Part shown: piece after piece, positions 1 to 9,678 of the stretch
Layout of the letters: each line of letters starts with the position of its first letter
How positions within the stretch are numbered: position 1 is the stretch's first letter
DNA from: Mycobacteriales bacterium
GTDB lineage: Bacteria; Actinomycetota; Actinomycetes; BP-191
DNA: 64,000 bases
NCBI GenBank assembly: GCA_046590575.1
Contig: JBKJUS010000169.1
Location: 818-64,817 of the forward strand
Direction of reading: 5' to 3'
Translations under genes and position numbers: made by a program
The notes under the pieces: generated by a model
Told to the model about the DNA's origin: nothing
Seen by the model: only the letters and a program-made list of their open reading frames with translations
Database searches by the model: none

Positions 1-2
1 AA

Positions 3-1043
3 GGAGCCGCCAGTCTGCTGCCTGAGGTCGACCGGCCAGCCCTGCTGTGGCGCATCGACCTCGACGCAGCAGGGGAGCCGACGGCGTACGACGTCCGCCG
101 GGCGCTGGTCCGCAGCCGGGCGAAGCTCTCCTACGCCGAGGCCCAGCAGATGCTCAACGGCGGCACCGCGTCGTCGTCGTTGATGTTGCTCAAGGAGATC
201 GGTCTGCTCAGTGAGGTAGGCGAGCGCGCGCGCGGCGGAATGCACCTGCCGACCCCGGAGCAGGAGGTTGTCGCCACGGATGCCGGCTGGCGCCTCGAGC
301 TGCGCTGTCCGCTGCCGGTGGAGGACTGGAACGCGCAGATCTCGCTGTTGACCGGCAGGTGTGCCGCGCGGTTGATGATCGACGCCGGGATCGGGCTGCT
401 CCGCACCCTGCCGCCGCCGCAGAACCATGCGGTCGAGTCGCTGCGGCGCAGCGCCCGTGCGCTTGACGTGGCATGGGCGGCAGCGACGTCGTACCCCGAC
501 TGGATCCGCGCGCTTGATGTAGCTGATCCTCGCCAGGCCGCACTCGCCGTCCTCGCCACGCGGCTGCTGCGTGGAGCGGGCTACCTGGCGTTCGCCGACG
601 GCGCCCCGGCCGATGGGCTCACGCATGCGGCGATCGCCGCCCCCTACGCCCACGTCACCGCGCCGCTGCGTCGCCTCGGCGACCGCTATGCCAACGCCGT
701 TCTGCTCGCCATCTGCGCCGGGACCGAGGTCCATCCGGCAGTCCGCGAGGCGTTGCCGCTGCTGCCCGGGCTGATGACCGGGGCGAGCCAGCGCGAGCAC
801 GCCGTCGAGCGGGCGGTGCTCGACCATGTAGAGGCGACGGTGCTGGCCGCGCGGGTCGGCGAGGACTTCGGCGGGTCGGTGGTCGAGCTCGAACGAGACG
901 GCCGCGCTGGCGTGGTGCAGCTGACGGAGCCGGCAGTCCGGGCGCCGGTCCGCGGCGCCGGGCTCGTCCTCGGTGAACCGATCACGGTGCGACTCGTCGA
1001 GGCCGACCCCGTCAGTCGGAAGGTGTTGTTCCGGTCGAGATGA
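3..1043 (+). CDS. RNB-domain ribonuclease (RNase II/R family), 5'-partial
   Basis: Reading frame is open from the window start and continues into the 150..1043 ORF. The C-terminal region looks RNase II-like with an S1-like tail. Assignment rests on remembered family similarity only. Confidence 0.5.
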   Translation, partial: GAASLLPEVDRPALLWRIDLDAAGEPTAYDVRRALVRSRAKLSYAEAQQMLNGGTASSSLMLLKEIGLLSEVGERARGGMHLPTPEQEVVATDAGWRLELRCPLPVEDWNAQISLLTGRCAARLMIDAGIGLLRTLPPPQNHAVESLRRSARALDVAWAAATSYPDWIRALDVADPRQAALAVLATRLLRGAGYLAFADGAPADGLTHAAIAAPYAHVTAPLRRLGDRYANAVLLAICAGTEVHPAVREALPLLPGLMTGASQREHAVERAVLDHVEATVLAARVGEDFGGSVVELERDGRAGVVQLTEPAVRAPVRGAGLVLGEPITVRLVEADPVSRKVLFRSR

Positions 1044-2364
1044 GGGCTGCGTCGTCGTCGGCACGAGCCCGCTGCTGCGCGGCGTCGCGGGCGTCGTAGC
1101 TCAGGAAGTCGGGCAGGAAGGCCACGATCCCGACGAGCCCGACCAGGCAGAGCACGCCGCCGGATACGACGGAGGTCTGCACGCTGGTGAAGCGGGCGAC
1201 GACCCCGGCCTCGGCGTCGCCGAGCAGGGGGCCGCTCGAGTAGTTGACCATCTCGATGCTGGCCAGCCGACCCCGCAAGTGATCCGGGATCGTCTGGTTC
1301 CACACGGTCATGCGAAACAGCCCGCTCACCATGTCGGCCGCACCGGCGATCGCGAGGGTGATCAGGGCGAGTGGCAGGGTCGTGGTGAAGCCGAAGGCGG
1401 TGATGGCGAGGCCCCAGGCGGCGACCGCCCAGAGGATCGCCCGACCGTGGTGGTGGATGCGTGCCGTCCAGCCGCTCGTGGCGGTGGCCAGCAGCGAGCC
1501 GGCGTACGGCGCGGCGTAGAGGAGCCCGACGATCCCGGCGCCGCCGTACCGCGACACGGCGAGAGCGGGGAAGAGAGCGCGCGGCATCCCGAAGATCATC
1601 GCGTTGAAGTCGGCGATGTAGGTGCCCATCAGCACCGGCTGGCTCCGGGCGTAGCGAAACCCGGCCCGCACCGCCTGCCAGCTCGGTGCTTCGGCGTCGG
1701 TCGGGGGCGGGGTCGCCTTCATCAACGCGAGAGCGGTGAGCGACGCACCGAATGTCAACAGGTCCAGGGTGTAGACGAGCCCGACGCCGAAAAGGCTGAT
1801 CAGCACTCCCGCGATCGCCGGTCCGCCGAGCGCGCCAAAGCTCGTCGTGGCGCTGCGCAGCGCGGCCGCGGCCGGTTGCTCCTCCTTCGTCACCAAGCGG
1901 GCGTTGAGGGCCTCCAGGCTCGGCCGTTGCAGTCCGTCGAATGCTGCAGCGAACGCGGAGAGGACAAACAGCGGCCAGACCCGCGGCTCACCGACCGTCG
2001 CGTTGAGCAGAAGGAGCGCCGCGACGCTCATGAAGCCGATCTCGGAGATACGGATCAGCACGCGCCGGTTCCACGAGTCGGCCATCGCGCCACCGACGAA
2101 AGCTGAGAGCAGCAGCGGGACGAGCTCACACACGCCGATCAGCCCGACCGAGAGGGTGGATCCGGTGAGCATGAAGACCTGCACCGGGATCGCGACGTAG
2201 GTCATCTGGCTGCCGAAGAAGGAGATGCCCTGGCCAGCCCACAGCAGCCTGAACTCTCGCGACGTGCGCAGCGGAGTGAGGTCCAGCGCGAGCGCGCGGA
2301 GGCCGCGCAGCGCGCCGGGCTGGGCGGAGTCGTCCGATCTCTGGGTTGGATCGCTGGTGTCCAC
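1012..2364 (-). CDS. MFS transporter (EntS-like efflux permease)
   Basis: 450-aa ORF with about 12 predicted TM helices and typical MFS loop motifs. Convergent with the RNB gene. Confidence 0.7.
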   Translation of the reverse strand: MDTSDPTQRSDDSAQPGALRGLRALALDLTPLRTSREFRLLWAGQGISFFGSQMTYVAIPVQVFMLTGSTLSVGLIGVCELVPLLLSAFVGGAMADSWNRRVLIRISEIGFMSVAALLLLNATVGEPRVWPLFVLSAFAAAFDGLQRPSLEALNARLVTKEEQPAAAALRSATTSFGALGGPAIAGVLISLFGVGLVYTLDLLTFGASLTALALMKATPPPTDAEAPSWQAVRAGFRYARSQPVLMGTYIADFNAMIFGMPRALFPALAVSRYGGAGIVGLLYAAPYAGSLLATATSGWTARIHHHGRAILWAVAAWGLAITAFGFTTTLPLALITLAIAGAADMVSGLFRMTVWNQTIPDHLRGRLASIEMVNYSSGPLLGDAEAGVVARFTSVQTSVVSGGVLCLVGLVGIVAFLPDFLSYDARDAAQQRARADDDAALISTGTTPSD

Positions 2365-2444
2365 GAGAGCATGAGGTTAGCCGGGGATGCGCTGCCCGCC
2401 ATTCGATATACGCCGAGTCGAGGCTAGGCCCGATCCCTCGTACG

Positions 2445-2981
2445 ATGAGCGGAGGAGCTGACGAGGATCGGAGCATCACGGCTATGGAGGTGCAGCGCTG
2501 CACCCAGTGCGGTACGGCTCGGCGCGGCGACCTTCAGGTGTGCGTGCGGTGCGAGGCCCCCTTCCCGGCCACCGGCGGCGCTGCCGTTGCTGACGCTGCC
2601 GCGATCGACGCTGCTCTGCCCCGGCCGGCTGCGTCGTCCCCGTCGCAGTCACACGGCACCCTGCTGCTGGGCGTGATCATCGGCTTCGTCCTGCTCGCGG
2701 TGCTGCTCAAGCTCAGCATCCGCGGGGTGGGGCCGTTCCGCGTCGAACTGGTCGACTCGAGTGGCATCGGCGATCAGCTCAGCGTCACGCTCGAGATCAC
2801 CAACACGGGCAACCGCACCGGGCGGGCCAACTGCCGCATTCCGCTGCGGGATGCCAAAGACGTCGTACAGTCGCCCAAGAACGTCTCCACCCAGCGCATC
2901 GAGCCCGACGAGACGATCACCGAGAAGATCACCTTCTCGGTCCCCGATGGGGTGAGACCGTTCGGCGAAATCCTCTGCTAG
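2445..2981 (+). CDS. hypothetical zinc-ribbon membrane protein
   Basis: CxxC...CxxC ribbon (QCGTAR...CVRCE) followed by one TM helix and an extracytoplasmic domain. Start uncertain (2445 or 2484). Confidence 0.45.
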   Translation: MSGGADEDRSITAMEVQRCTQCGTARRGDLQVCVRCEAPFPATGGAAVADAAAIDAALPRPAASSPSQSHGTLLLGVIIGFVLLAVLLKLSIRGVGPFRVELVDSSGIGDQLSVTLEITNTGNRTGRANCRIPLRDAKDVVQSPKNVSTQRIEPDETITEKITFSVPDGVRPFGEILC

Positions 2982-3025
2982 TCCTCGGTCACGAGAGTGT
3001 GCCTGGGCGTGTGAGGATGGCTCGC

Positions 3026-3580
3026 ATGAAGCCTCTGCGCATCCCGTTTGCTGTCGTCGTCATGGCGGGCTTGCTGAGTCTGGCCGCGGCGTCGTCGTAC
3101 GCGCACCAGCGGGCTGACCTCACTGTCGCCAAGCCGGCCGAGGATGCAGTCGTCGATGGCGATGCGGTCGAGCTCGTCGTCACCGCCTCGTCGAGTGCAG
3201 CGCTGGCCGAGGCCTCCTTCACGATCACCCTCGACGGTACGCCGGTGGACACCACGGGCACGGTGGGCGCCGGGTCGGTATTCACGACTTTCTCGCTTCG
3301 CGGTGGTGCCTCGTTGATGGTCCGCCTGTTTCCGGTGCCCGCTGGGACACACGAGCTGCGCCTCGCCTACGAGCGCGACGCCGACAACATCAAGCCCGAG
3401 GTCGTCCGCCGCTTCACCACGGTGGTCCCTTCGTCCGGTGCTTCGATAGACCCATCGAGTGCTGGGTCGAAGGGGTCCGGCGTACCGCTGCCGTGGCTGG
3501 CGATCGGCGGGCTCTTCCTCCTCGGGGTGTCCGTGGCCACAGTGCTGCTGCGCCGGGAGCGGGCTCAGTCAGGTGAGTAG
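3026..3580 (+). CDS. secreted protein with C-terminal membrane anchor
   Basis: GAGGA RBS, N-terminal signal peptide (MKPLRIPFAVVVMAGLLSLAAASSYA) and C-terminal TM plus RRERAQ tail. Confidence 0.5.
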   Translation: MKPLRIPFAVVVMAGLLSLAAASSYAHQRADLTVAKPAEDAVVDGDAVELVVTASSSAALAEASFTITLDGTPVDTTGTVGAGSVFTTFSLRGGASLMVRLFPVPAGTHELRLAYERDADNIKPEVVRRFTTVVPSSGASIDPSSAGSKGSGVPLPWLAIGGLFLLGVSVATVLLRRERAQSGE

Positions 3581-4152
3581 GGCGTGCCCTGCACGCGGTC
3601 GAGCAGCCGGCTGAGTCGGCCGCGCACAGACGGCTTCGACCGAGCGCCGGGAGCGGCCTGGCTGATGAGGTGCTGGACGACGTCGAGGTACGGCGCACCC
3701 CCTGAGGCGGGCACGGTCAACGACTCGTGTGCGACGTACTGCAGGTCGGTGTCACCTGTATCGATCGCCATGATCAGCGCTCCGGCTTTGCGGGCGTCGG
3801 CGAGCCGGTCGAGCAGCCGCTCCGGTGTCCGATCGGGGGCGACCACGAGCAGGGTCTCGCGAGCCGCGACGATCTCGAGCCGTTGCAACCCGATGGCGAG
3901 GTGCGCCGGCGCACCCTGCGGCACCTGCCAGCGGACCAATGTCGGGCTGAGCTCGGCTCGCCCGGCGAACTGCGCCTCGTCGGTCAGATGCGCGGCGAAG
4001 TGCCAGGGCTCCTCCTCGGGCGTACCGACAAGGAGCAGCCCACCCTGCGGCTGCGGCGCGGTGCCGAGCGCGGTTGCGAAGTCGACGACCTGGTCATCGA
4101 GGGCGGTGCCGGCGAAGATGGCGCGCAGCAAGTCGGCTTCGTCGGAGTTCAC
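3565..4152 (-). CDS. hypothetical protein
   Basis: 195-aa ORF lying downstream of, and co-oriented with, the class V aminotransferase gene. No recognisable motif. Confidence 0.4.
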   Translation of the reverse strand: MNSDEADLLRAIFAGTALDDQVVDFATALGTAPQPQGGLLLVGTPEEEPWHFAAHLTDEAQFAGRAELSPTLVRWQVPQGAPAHLAIGLQRLEIVAARETLLVVAPDRTPERLLDRLADARKAGALIMAIDTGDTDLQYVAHESLTVPASGGAPYLDVVQHLISQAAPGARSKPSVRGRLSRLLDRVQGTPYSPD

Positions 4153-4197
4153 GACCGCGAGGCTACGCCAGCAGGCCGCGTGGCCCGCGCGGCAGGT

Positions 4198-5373
4198 TCA
4201 GTGGGAGCCGGAGACTCGGGCGAGCGCGTTCGTGGCCGAGGTGATGTCGGACTCATCGGCGTACGCGTGGAAAGACATTCGCAGCTTGGGTCGCGGCAGA
4301 TCGGCAGGCGCACGAGGCACGTGCAGCAGCGACGTGACGACGCCGGCATCGCGGAGCGCGGCGTGCACCCGTGTCGCGTCCAGCGAGTCGTGGTCGAGGA
4401 CGACGCTGCCCGACGCCGAGTCGTGCGGCTCCTGCACCTGCCACCCGGCGGTGCCGTCGAGGGAGTCGCGGGCGGCGCGGCCCAGCGCAGCGATGCGCTC
4501 GATGACCAGCGCCGGCCCTGCGGCTTCCAGCTCGTCGATCGCGTTCGCCCAGCCCATCAGCACGGCAATCGAGATCTCGCCGACCTGGATCCGCGGTCCC
4601 TCGTCGAAGGCCACCGGTGCCGCCCGGAGGTCGCCGTCCCAGGCGTGTGTCTCCATGCTCGGTGCGACATCGAGGCGCTCGCCCCACGATCGGCGTACGC
4701 CGACGAATCCGGCACCGCGCGGTCCGCACAGCCACTTGCGCGCGGGTGCGACGAAGGCGTCTGCACCGGTCGCGTTGACGTCGATCTGGCCGACTGCCTG
4801 CGCGACGTCGAGGATGACTGCAGTGCCGACGGCGTGGCAGCGACGGACGATCTCCGTCGAGGGCTGGACGATGCCTCGGTGACTGGCGACCGGGCAGAGG
4901 AGCAGGAGGTCCAGTCCCTCGTCGAGCTGGCGATCCAGCGCGTGGAGGTCGACCAGCCCGTCGTCGTCCACGGCGAGCTGCACAGGGACGAACCGCTCGT
5001 GCGCACCGGCTGCCGCGACGAGCATGGCGTTGCTGGCGTATTCCGCCTGCGAGCACGCGACCCGTGCTCCCTCGGGCAACGGCCAGGCTCGGAGCAGTGC
5101 GGCGATGCCGTCGGTCGCATTGCCGACGAAGCCCACGTCGTCCCGGGGGAGCCCGACCAGGGTGCCGAGCTGTTCACGCAGCCGATCCAAGACCGGCATG
5201 ACATCGCTGGCAGCGGGATACCCACCGATCGAGGCCTCCCGCTCCAAGTGAAGCCGGACGGCCTCACGCGTTGCCGCGGAATGCACCGAACACCCTGCGG
5301 CATCCAGGTGCGTGACCTGCAGGCGGGGTCGAGCCGCCCGCCACGCGGCGCCGAGGTCCGGATGCGGCAGCAT
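4198..5373 (-). CDS. aminotransferase class V-fold PLP-dependent enzyme
   Basis: PLP-lysine motif region (ARKWLCGPRGAGF) typical of class V / cysteine-desulfurase-like enzymes. Start taken at MLPHPDLG. Confidence 0.6.
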   Translation of the reverse strand: MLPHPDLGAAWRAARPRLQVTHLDAAGCSVHSAATREAVRLHLEREASIGGYPAASDVMPVLDRLREQLGTLVGLPRDDVGFVGNATDGIAALLRAWPLPEGARVACSQAEYASNAMLVAAAGAHERFVPVQLAVDDDGLVDLHALDRQLDEGLDLLLLCPVASHRGIVQPSTEIVRRCHAVGTAVILDVAQAVGQIDVNATGADAFVAPARKWLCGPRGAGFVGVRRSWGERLDVAPSMETHAWDGDLRAAPVAFDEGPRIQVGEISIAVLMGWANAIDELEAAGPALVIERIAALGRAARDSLDGTAGWQVQEPHDSASGSVVLDHDSLDATRVHAALRDAGVVTSLLHVPRAPADLPRPKLRMSFHAYADESDITSATNALARVSGSH

Positions 5374-5430
5374 GTGATCACTGTGCGCGAAGTCAGCCGC
5401 GGGGTCGAGCGCAATCCACAACGGTGGTAC

Positions 5431-5445
5431 TTGCGAATGATTCGC
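5431..5445. promoter_or_regulatory. 7-1-7 palindrome TGCGAATGATTCGCA, a candidate Zur/metalloregulator operator
   Basis: Near-perfect inverted repeat in the divergent intergenic region about 65 nt upstream of the metal-uptake ABC operon. Its AATGATT core resembles actinobacterial Zur boxes. Confidence 0.3.
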
Positions 5446-5509
5446 ACCTGCAACAGTCTGCTATTAGACTGCGGCACAGGACAGCCGGGTCGACGATGGA
5501 GGTTCGTAC

Positions 5510-6514
5510 GTGCGCGCCGTACGGATGTCGGCCGGCCTGCTCGTGGCCGCGACGCTCACGGCATGTAGCCCAGGGCCCCAGGACGCCGCGATGGGCGCGA
5601 AGAATGGGGACCGGCTGATCGTCGTGACCACGGTCTCGCCGCTGACCAACATCGCCCAGAACGTCGCCGGTGAGCTTGCGTCGATCACGGGTCTGGTGCC
5701 CGAGGGGGTCAACAGCCACGAGTTCGAGCCGCGCCCCAGTGACGCCCGAGTGCTGGCGGCGGCCGACTTGGTCTTCATCAATGGGCTCAATCTCGAGACT
5801 CCGACGAAGATGCTGGCGAAGGCCAATCTCCGCGACGGGAGCCGCCTGATCGAGATGGGCGCCCGGATCGTGACCCCCGCGGAATTCATCTACGACTTCT
5901 CCTTCCCCAAGGCAGCGGGGGATCCCAACCCGCATTTGTGGACGAATCCCCTCTTCGGCATTCGGTACGCCGAGATCTTCCGCGACGAGTTCTCGAAGGC
6001 GGCACCGGAGAATGCCGATGCCTTCGCGGCCAACGCGGCGGCGTACATCGAGAAGATCAAGGCTCTCGACGGAGCAGTGCGGGTGGCCAGCGCGACGGTG
6101 CCGAGCCGCAAGCTGCTGACCTATCACGACTCGTTCCCCTACTTCGCCCGTGAGTACGGCTGGACCGTGATCGGGGCGATCCAGCCCTCAGACTTCGCCG
6201 AGCCGAGTGCCCGCGAGGTCGCCGACCTGATTGCTCAGGTCAAGGCGGCTAAGGTCCCGGCGATCTTCGGCTCGGAGGTCTTTCCGAGCTCGGTCCTGGA
6301 GCAGATCGGCAAGGAAGCCGGCGTCCGCTACGTCGACGACCTGCGCGACGACGATCTGCCCGGCAAGCCAGGCGAGCCGGCCCACTCCTACGTCGGTCTC
6401 CTGCGCTTCGACTTCGTGACGATGGTGAAGTCCCTCGGCGGGGACCCTTCGGCACTCCAGGGACTCGACGTCGCCAATGTGCAGACCGGTGATGTGGAGT
6501 ACCGCGAACAATGA
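5510..6514 (+). CDS. metal (Zn/Mn) ABC transporter substrate-binding lipoprotein, TroA/ZnuA cluster A-I
   Basis: GGAGG RBS plus GTG start, lipobox LTAC, and TroA-like helical-backbone SBP sequence. ATGA overlap with the next gene. Confidence 0.8.
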   Translation: MRAVRMSAGLLVAATLTACSPGPQDAAMGAKNGDRLIVVTTVSPLTNIAQNVAGELASITGLVPEGVNSHEFEPRPSDARVLAAADLVFINGLNLETPTKMLAKANLRDGSRLIEMGARIVTPAEFIYDFSFPKAAGDPNPHLWTNPLFGIRYAEIFRDEFSKAAPENADAFAANAAAYIEKIKALDGAVRVASATVPSRKLLTYHDSFPYFAREYGWTVIGAIQPSDFAEPSAREVADLIAQVKAAKVPAIFGSEVFPSSVLEQIGKEAGVRYVDDLRDDDLPGKPGEPAHSYVGLLRFDFVTMVKSLGGDPSALQGLDVANVQTGDVEYREQ

Positions 6515-7286
6515 CCGTGCCTCTGGTCCACCTCGACGGCGTCACCCACTCGTACGCCGGTCCGCCGGTGCTGGAAGGGGTGTCGTTGCGGGTCGCGCCG
6601 GGGGAGTTCCTCGGCATCGTGGGTCCGAGCGGGTCCGGCAAGAGCACGCTGCTCCGGGTGCTCGCCGGGTCGCTGACCCCGCTCGTCGGGACAGTCACCC
6701 GCTCGGGTCCGTCCAGGATCGGCTATGTGCCCCAGGTGAGACGGTCAACTGGGACTTCCCGGTGACGGTGTCCGAGGTCGTCACGATGAGCCGTACGTCG
6801 GGCCGGTGGCTGCCCTGGTCGTCCAGGGCGGAGCAAACCGAGGTCGCGACGCTGCTCGATCGGCTCGGCCTCAGCGGACTGGGCAAGCGGCACATCCGTG
6901 AGCTCTCCGGCGGTCAGCAGCAGCGGGTGTTCATCGCCCGTGCGCTGCTGCGGCAGGCCAGCCTCCTGTTGCTCGACGAGCCGACCAGCGGCGTCGACGT
7001 ACGCACCCGCCACGACGTGCTTCACCTCCTCGACGACCTGCACGCCGGTGGGCTGGCCATCGTGCTGACGACCCACGACCTCAATGGCATTGCCGCCCAC
7101 CTGCCGCGCCTGGTGTGCCTCAACCGCGAAGTCATCGCCGACGGTGTCCCTCGCGCAGTCATCACTCCGGACGTCCTCGAGCGCACCTACGGCGCGCGCA
7201 TGGAGGTCATCGAGCACGCGGGCATGCCGGTTGTCTTCGAAGGAGGTTCGCACCACGGCGCGGACGTGGAGCGGGTGAGCAGATGA
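6511..7286 (+). pseudogene. metal ABC transporter ATP-binding protein (ZnuC/MntB-like), apparent -1 frameshift near 6736-6740
   Basis: Walker A (GPSGSGKST) is in frame 1 up to a stop at 6763-6765. The ABC signature LSGGQQQR and Walker B LLLLDEPTSGVD continue in frame 3. The junction reads ...IGYVPQV|ETVNWDF... at caggtgagacgg, so one G is missing relative to the expected gtggagacg. Confidence 0.7.
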
Positions 7287-8128
7287 GCCTCGACCGGCTG
7301 CTCGAGCCGTTTGCCTTCGAGTTCTTCCGCAACGGCATGATCGTGGCCACCATCGCGGGTGCCCTGTGTGGGCTGATCGGGGTGTACGTCGTCCTCCGCG
7401 GGATGTCCTACATCGGGCACGGACTGAGCCACTCGATCTTCGGCGGAGCGGTGGCCTCCTCCGTGATCGGGATCAACGTCCTCGCCGGCGCTGCAGTGTG
7501 GGGCTTCGCTTCTGCCCTGATGATCAACGGAGTGACCCGCCGTCGGGCCATCGGCGGTGATGCTGCGATCGGCGTGATCACTACTGCGGCCTTCGCCGTC
7601 GGGATTGCGCTCATCTCGGTCCGCCGCAGTTTCACCCAGGACTTCGACGCGCTGCTCTTCGGCAACGTCCTAGGTGTGGAGCGCAGCGACATCGTCGTCG
7701 TCGCCCTGGTCGCGCTGGGTGCGGCCGTGGTCGTCTTCCTCGGCTACCGGCAGCTGCTCTTCACCACCTTCGATCCGGAGGTCGCGGAGACCTCGGGGCT
7801 CTCCACCGCACGGGTCGACGCGCTCTTCTCCCTCGTGCTCGCCATGTCGATCATCGCCACGATGCGCATCCTGGGCGTCACCCTCATCGCGGCCACGCTG
7901 GTGCTTCCCCCGGTCGTGGCGCGGATGCTGACCAACTCCTTCTCCCGGATGCTGCTGCTCTCGACGACCATCGGGGCCTTCTGCGGCCTGGTCGGGATGT
8001 ACGCGAGCTTCCAGCTCGACATCGCCTCAGGCGCCTCGATCGTGCTGACCGGCGCGATCCTCTTCGCGCTGGTCTTCGCGGTGACCGGCACCCAGGCCCG
8101 CCGTCGTCTCGGTCACGCCCACTTCTAA
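7283..8128 (+). CDS. metal ABC transporter permease (ZnuB/MntC-like)
   Basis: ATGA overlap with the ATPase stop. 8-TM ABC-3 family permease sequence. Confidence 0.8.
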   Translation: MSLDRLLEPFAFEFFRNGMIVATIAGALCGLIGVYVVLRGMSYIGHGLSHSIFGGAVASSVIGINVLAGAAVWGFASALMINGVTRRRAIGGDAAIGVITTAAFAVGIALISVRRSFTQDFDALLFGNVLGVERSDIVVVALVALGAAVVVFLGYRQLLFTTFDPEVAETSGLSTARVDALFSLVLAMSIIATMRILGVTLIAATLVLPPVVARMLTNSFSRMLLLSTTIGAFCGLVGMYASFQLDIASGASIVLTGAILFALVFAVTGTQARRRLGHAHF

Positions 8129-8516
8129 GGGGTCCCCAGCCCCACACGACACGCTCTCGAGGCGTGCACCGAGTGCCGACCGATCCGAGCCAATCCGCGA
8201 CCGCTCACGCACGCAACCCGTCGGCCGACCTGGTCCGGGGACCGGTCCTGAGCACGAACGCGCAGAGGCTCCGGGCCGCTGTGCGCTCAGTTGCGTGCGC
8301 GGGCGGGCGGACTAGGGGGTCGAGGCCCGGCCAGCACCGCGCCCCAACCATCAAGATCGGAGATTTGAACGAGTGTCGGACGATGCGCTGGAAGCCAGGA
8401 TCTGCCGCCCGCCGCCCCGCCGGCGCGCCGGCCCCGCGGGAGGCCGCTAGGCCGGATGGCTCAAGGCCGCGGTGTACGGCGACGATGACGACACCGTGGC
8501 GTTGCTGGGGTATTGG

Positions 8517-9638
8517 GTGCGCGCGCGGGTGACGCGCGTCGTAGGCGCCAGCCTGGTCGCCGTGGTCACCGCCGCAACCCTCGGCAGCGCTCCGGCGGCC
8601 GCGCAGGTGGGTTCCGCCAAAATCCGCGCGGCCGAGCTGCGTCGACAGGTGGAGACCCTGCGGCGGCAGACCGGGATGGCGCTCGAGAGCTACAGCCGGG
8701 TGTACGGCGCCCTCGGCCGGGTCGTCAACGCCCGGGTGGCTGCCGAGCGCGCCGTCGAGGCTGCCCAGGCTCAGCGTGATGGCGACGCCGGCCGCGCGGA
8801 CGCCCAGCTGCGTCAGCTCTACATGCGAGGCGGCCGGCTGAGCCTCTACGCCACCCTGCTGGACTCGGTGGACCTCCACGATGCCTTCGGCCGCTACGCC
8901 AACATCACCTCGATGGTCGCCGGGGACCGCAAGGCAGCAGCGGCCGGCGACGCGACGGTCGCCCTGGCGGTCGCCGCCGAGGTCAAGCTCACCGAGCTCG
9001 CCGCCCGCGAGACGCGACTCACCCGTCAGGCGGATGAGCAGGCCGAGCGGGTGGAGGCCATCCTCGCGCAGACGCAGCAGCTCCTCGCCTCGGCCGACGC
9101 GGAGGTGCTGCGTCTCGTGGAGGAGGCGCGGCTGGCCGAGCAGGCCGCCCGCGCCCGGGCGCTTCTCGCCGCACAGCTGGCGTCGGGCGCTGCCAGCGAC
9201 TTCCCGAGCGCGGTCTTCACGCCTGTCGACGGAGCAAAGTACGCCTGCCCTGTCGGTACCGTGAACTCGTTCGTGGACACCTGGGGGGCGCCGCGGTCGG
9301 GAGGCCGTCGGCACCAGGGCACCGACGTCTTCGCGCCGATTGCCAGCGCGGCGTACGCCATGGCAGACGGGGTCATCGACCAGGTCACCAACGCCAACAT
9401 CGGCCTGGGCGGCATCACCGTCTGGCTGCGCGCGGACAACGGCGACCGGTTCTACTACGCGCACAACACGGAGAATCTGGCCGCTCTGGGTCAGCGAGTG
9501 AAAGCTGGGGACGTGATCGCGACAGTCGGCCAGTCTGGCAACGCCGCGACGACCCCACCGCACGTGCACTTCGAGGTGCACCCGGGCGGCGGGGGCGCGG
9601 TCAACCCCTACCCGTTCCTCAAGGCAGTCTGCGGCTGA
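8517..9638 (+). CDS. M23-family metallopeptidase with N-terminal signal peptide and coiled-coil
   Basis: C-terminal LytM/M23 motifs (HQGTD...HNTEN...HVHFEV). Long alanine- and glutamine-rich coiled-coil. GTG start chosen at the signal peptide. Confidence 0.7.
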   Translation: MRARVTRVVGASLVAVVTAATLGSAPAAAQVGSAKIRAAELRRQVETLRRQTGMALESYSRVYGALGRVVNARVAAERAVEAAQAQRDGDAGRADAQLRQLYMRGGRLSLYATLLDSVDLHDAFGRYANITSMVAGDRKAAAAGDATVALAVAAEVKLTELAARETRLTRQADEQAERVEAILAQTQQLLASADAEVLRLVEEARLAEQAARARALLAAQLASGAASDFPSAVFTPVDGAKYACPVGTVNSFVDTWGAPRSGGRRHQGTDVFAPIASAAYAMADGVIDQVTNANIGLGGITVWLRADNGDRFYYAHNTENLAALGQRVKAGDVIATVGQSGNAATTPPHVHFEVHPGGGGAVNPYPFLKAVCG

Positions 9639-9678
9639 CCGACCCACCGTCGATCGCCGTCTGGGAGAGACTTCCGCC

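Noticed and set aside
973-2106. 377-aa ORF antisense to the MFS transporter
   Set aside because: Charged low-complexity translation. The MFS gene on the other strand has clear TM periodicity.
3727-5568. 613-aa plus-strand ORF (and 3584..4882) overlapping the aminotransferase and hypothetical genes
   Set aside because: Low-complexity R/G-rich product with no RBS or motif. The opposite strand carries a PLP-enzyme with recognisable motifs.
8330-8370. tRNA-like T-loop resemblance (gttcaaatc on the minus strand) in the M23 leader
   Set aside because: Flanking bases cannot form a T-stem or acceptor stem. No tRNA structure.
8130-8516. ydaO / cyclic-di-AMP riboswitch upstream of the peptidase
   Set aside because: Conserved ydaO sequence blocks could not be recognised by eye. 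Kept only as a low-interest suggestion for a CM scan.
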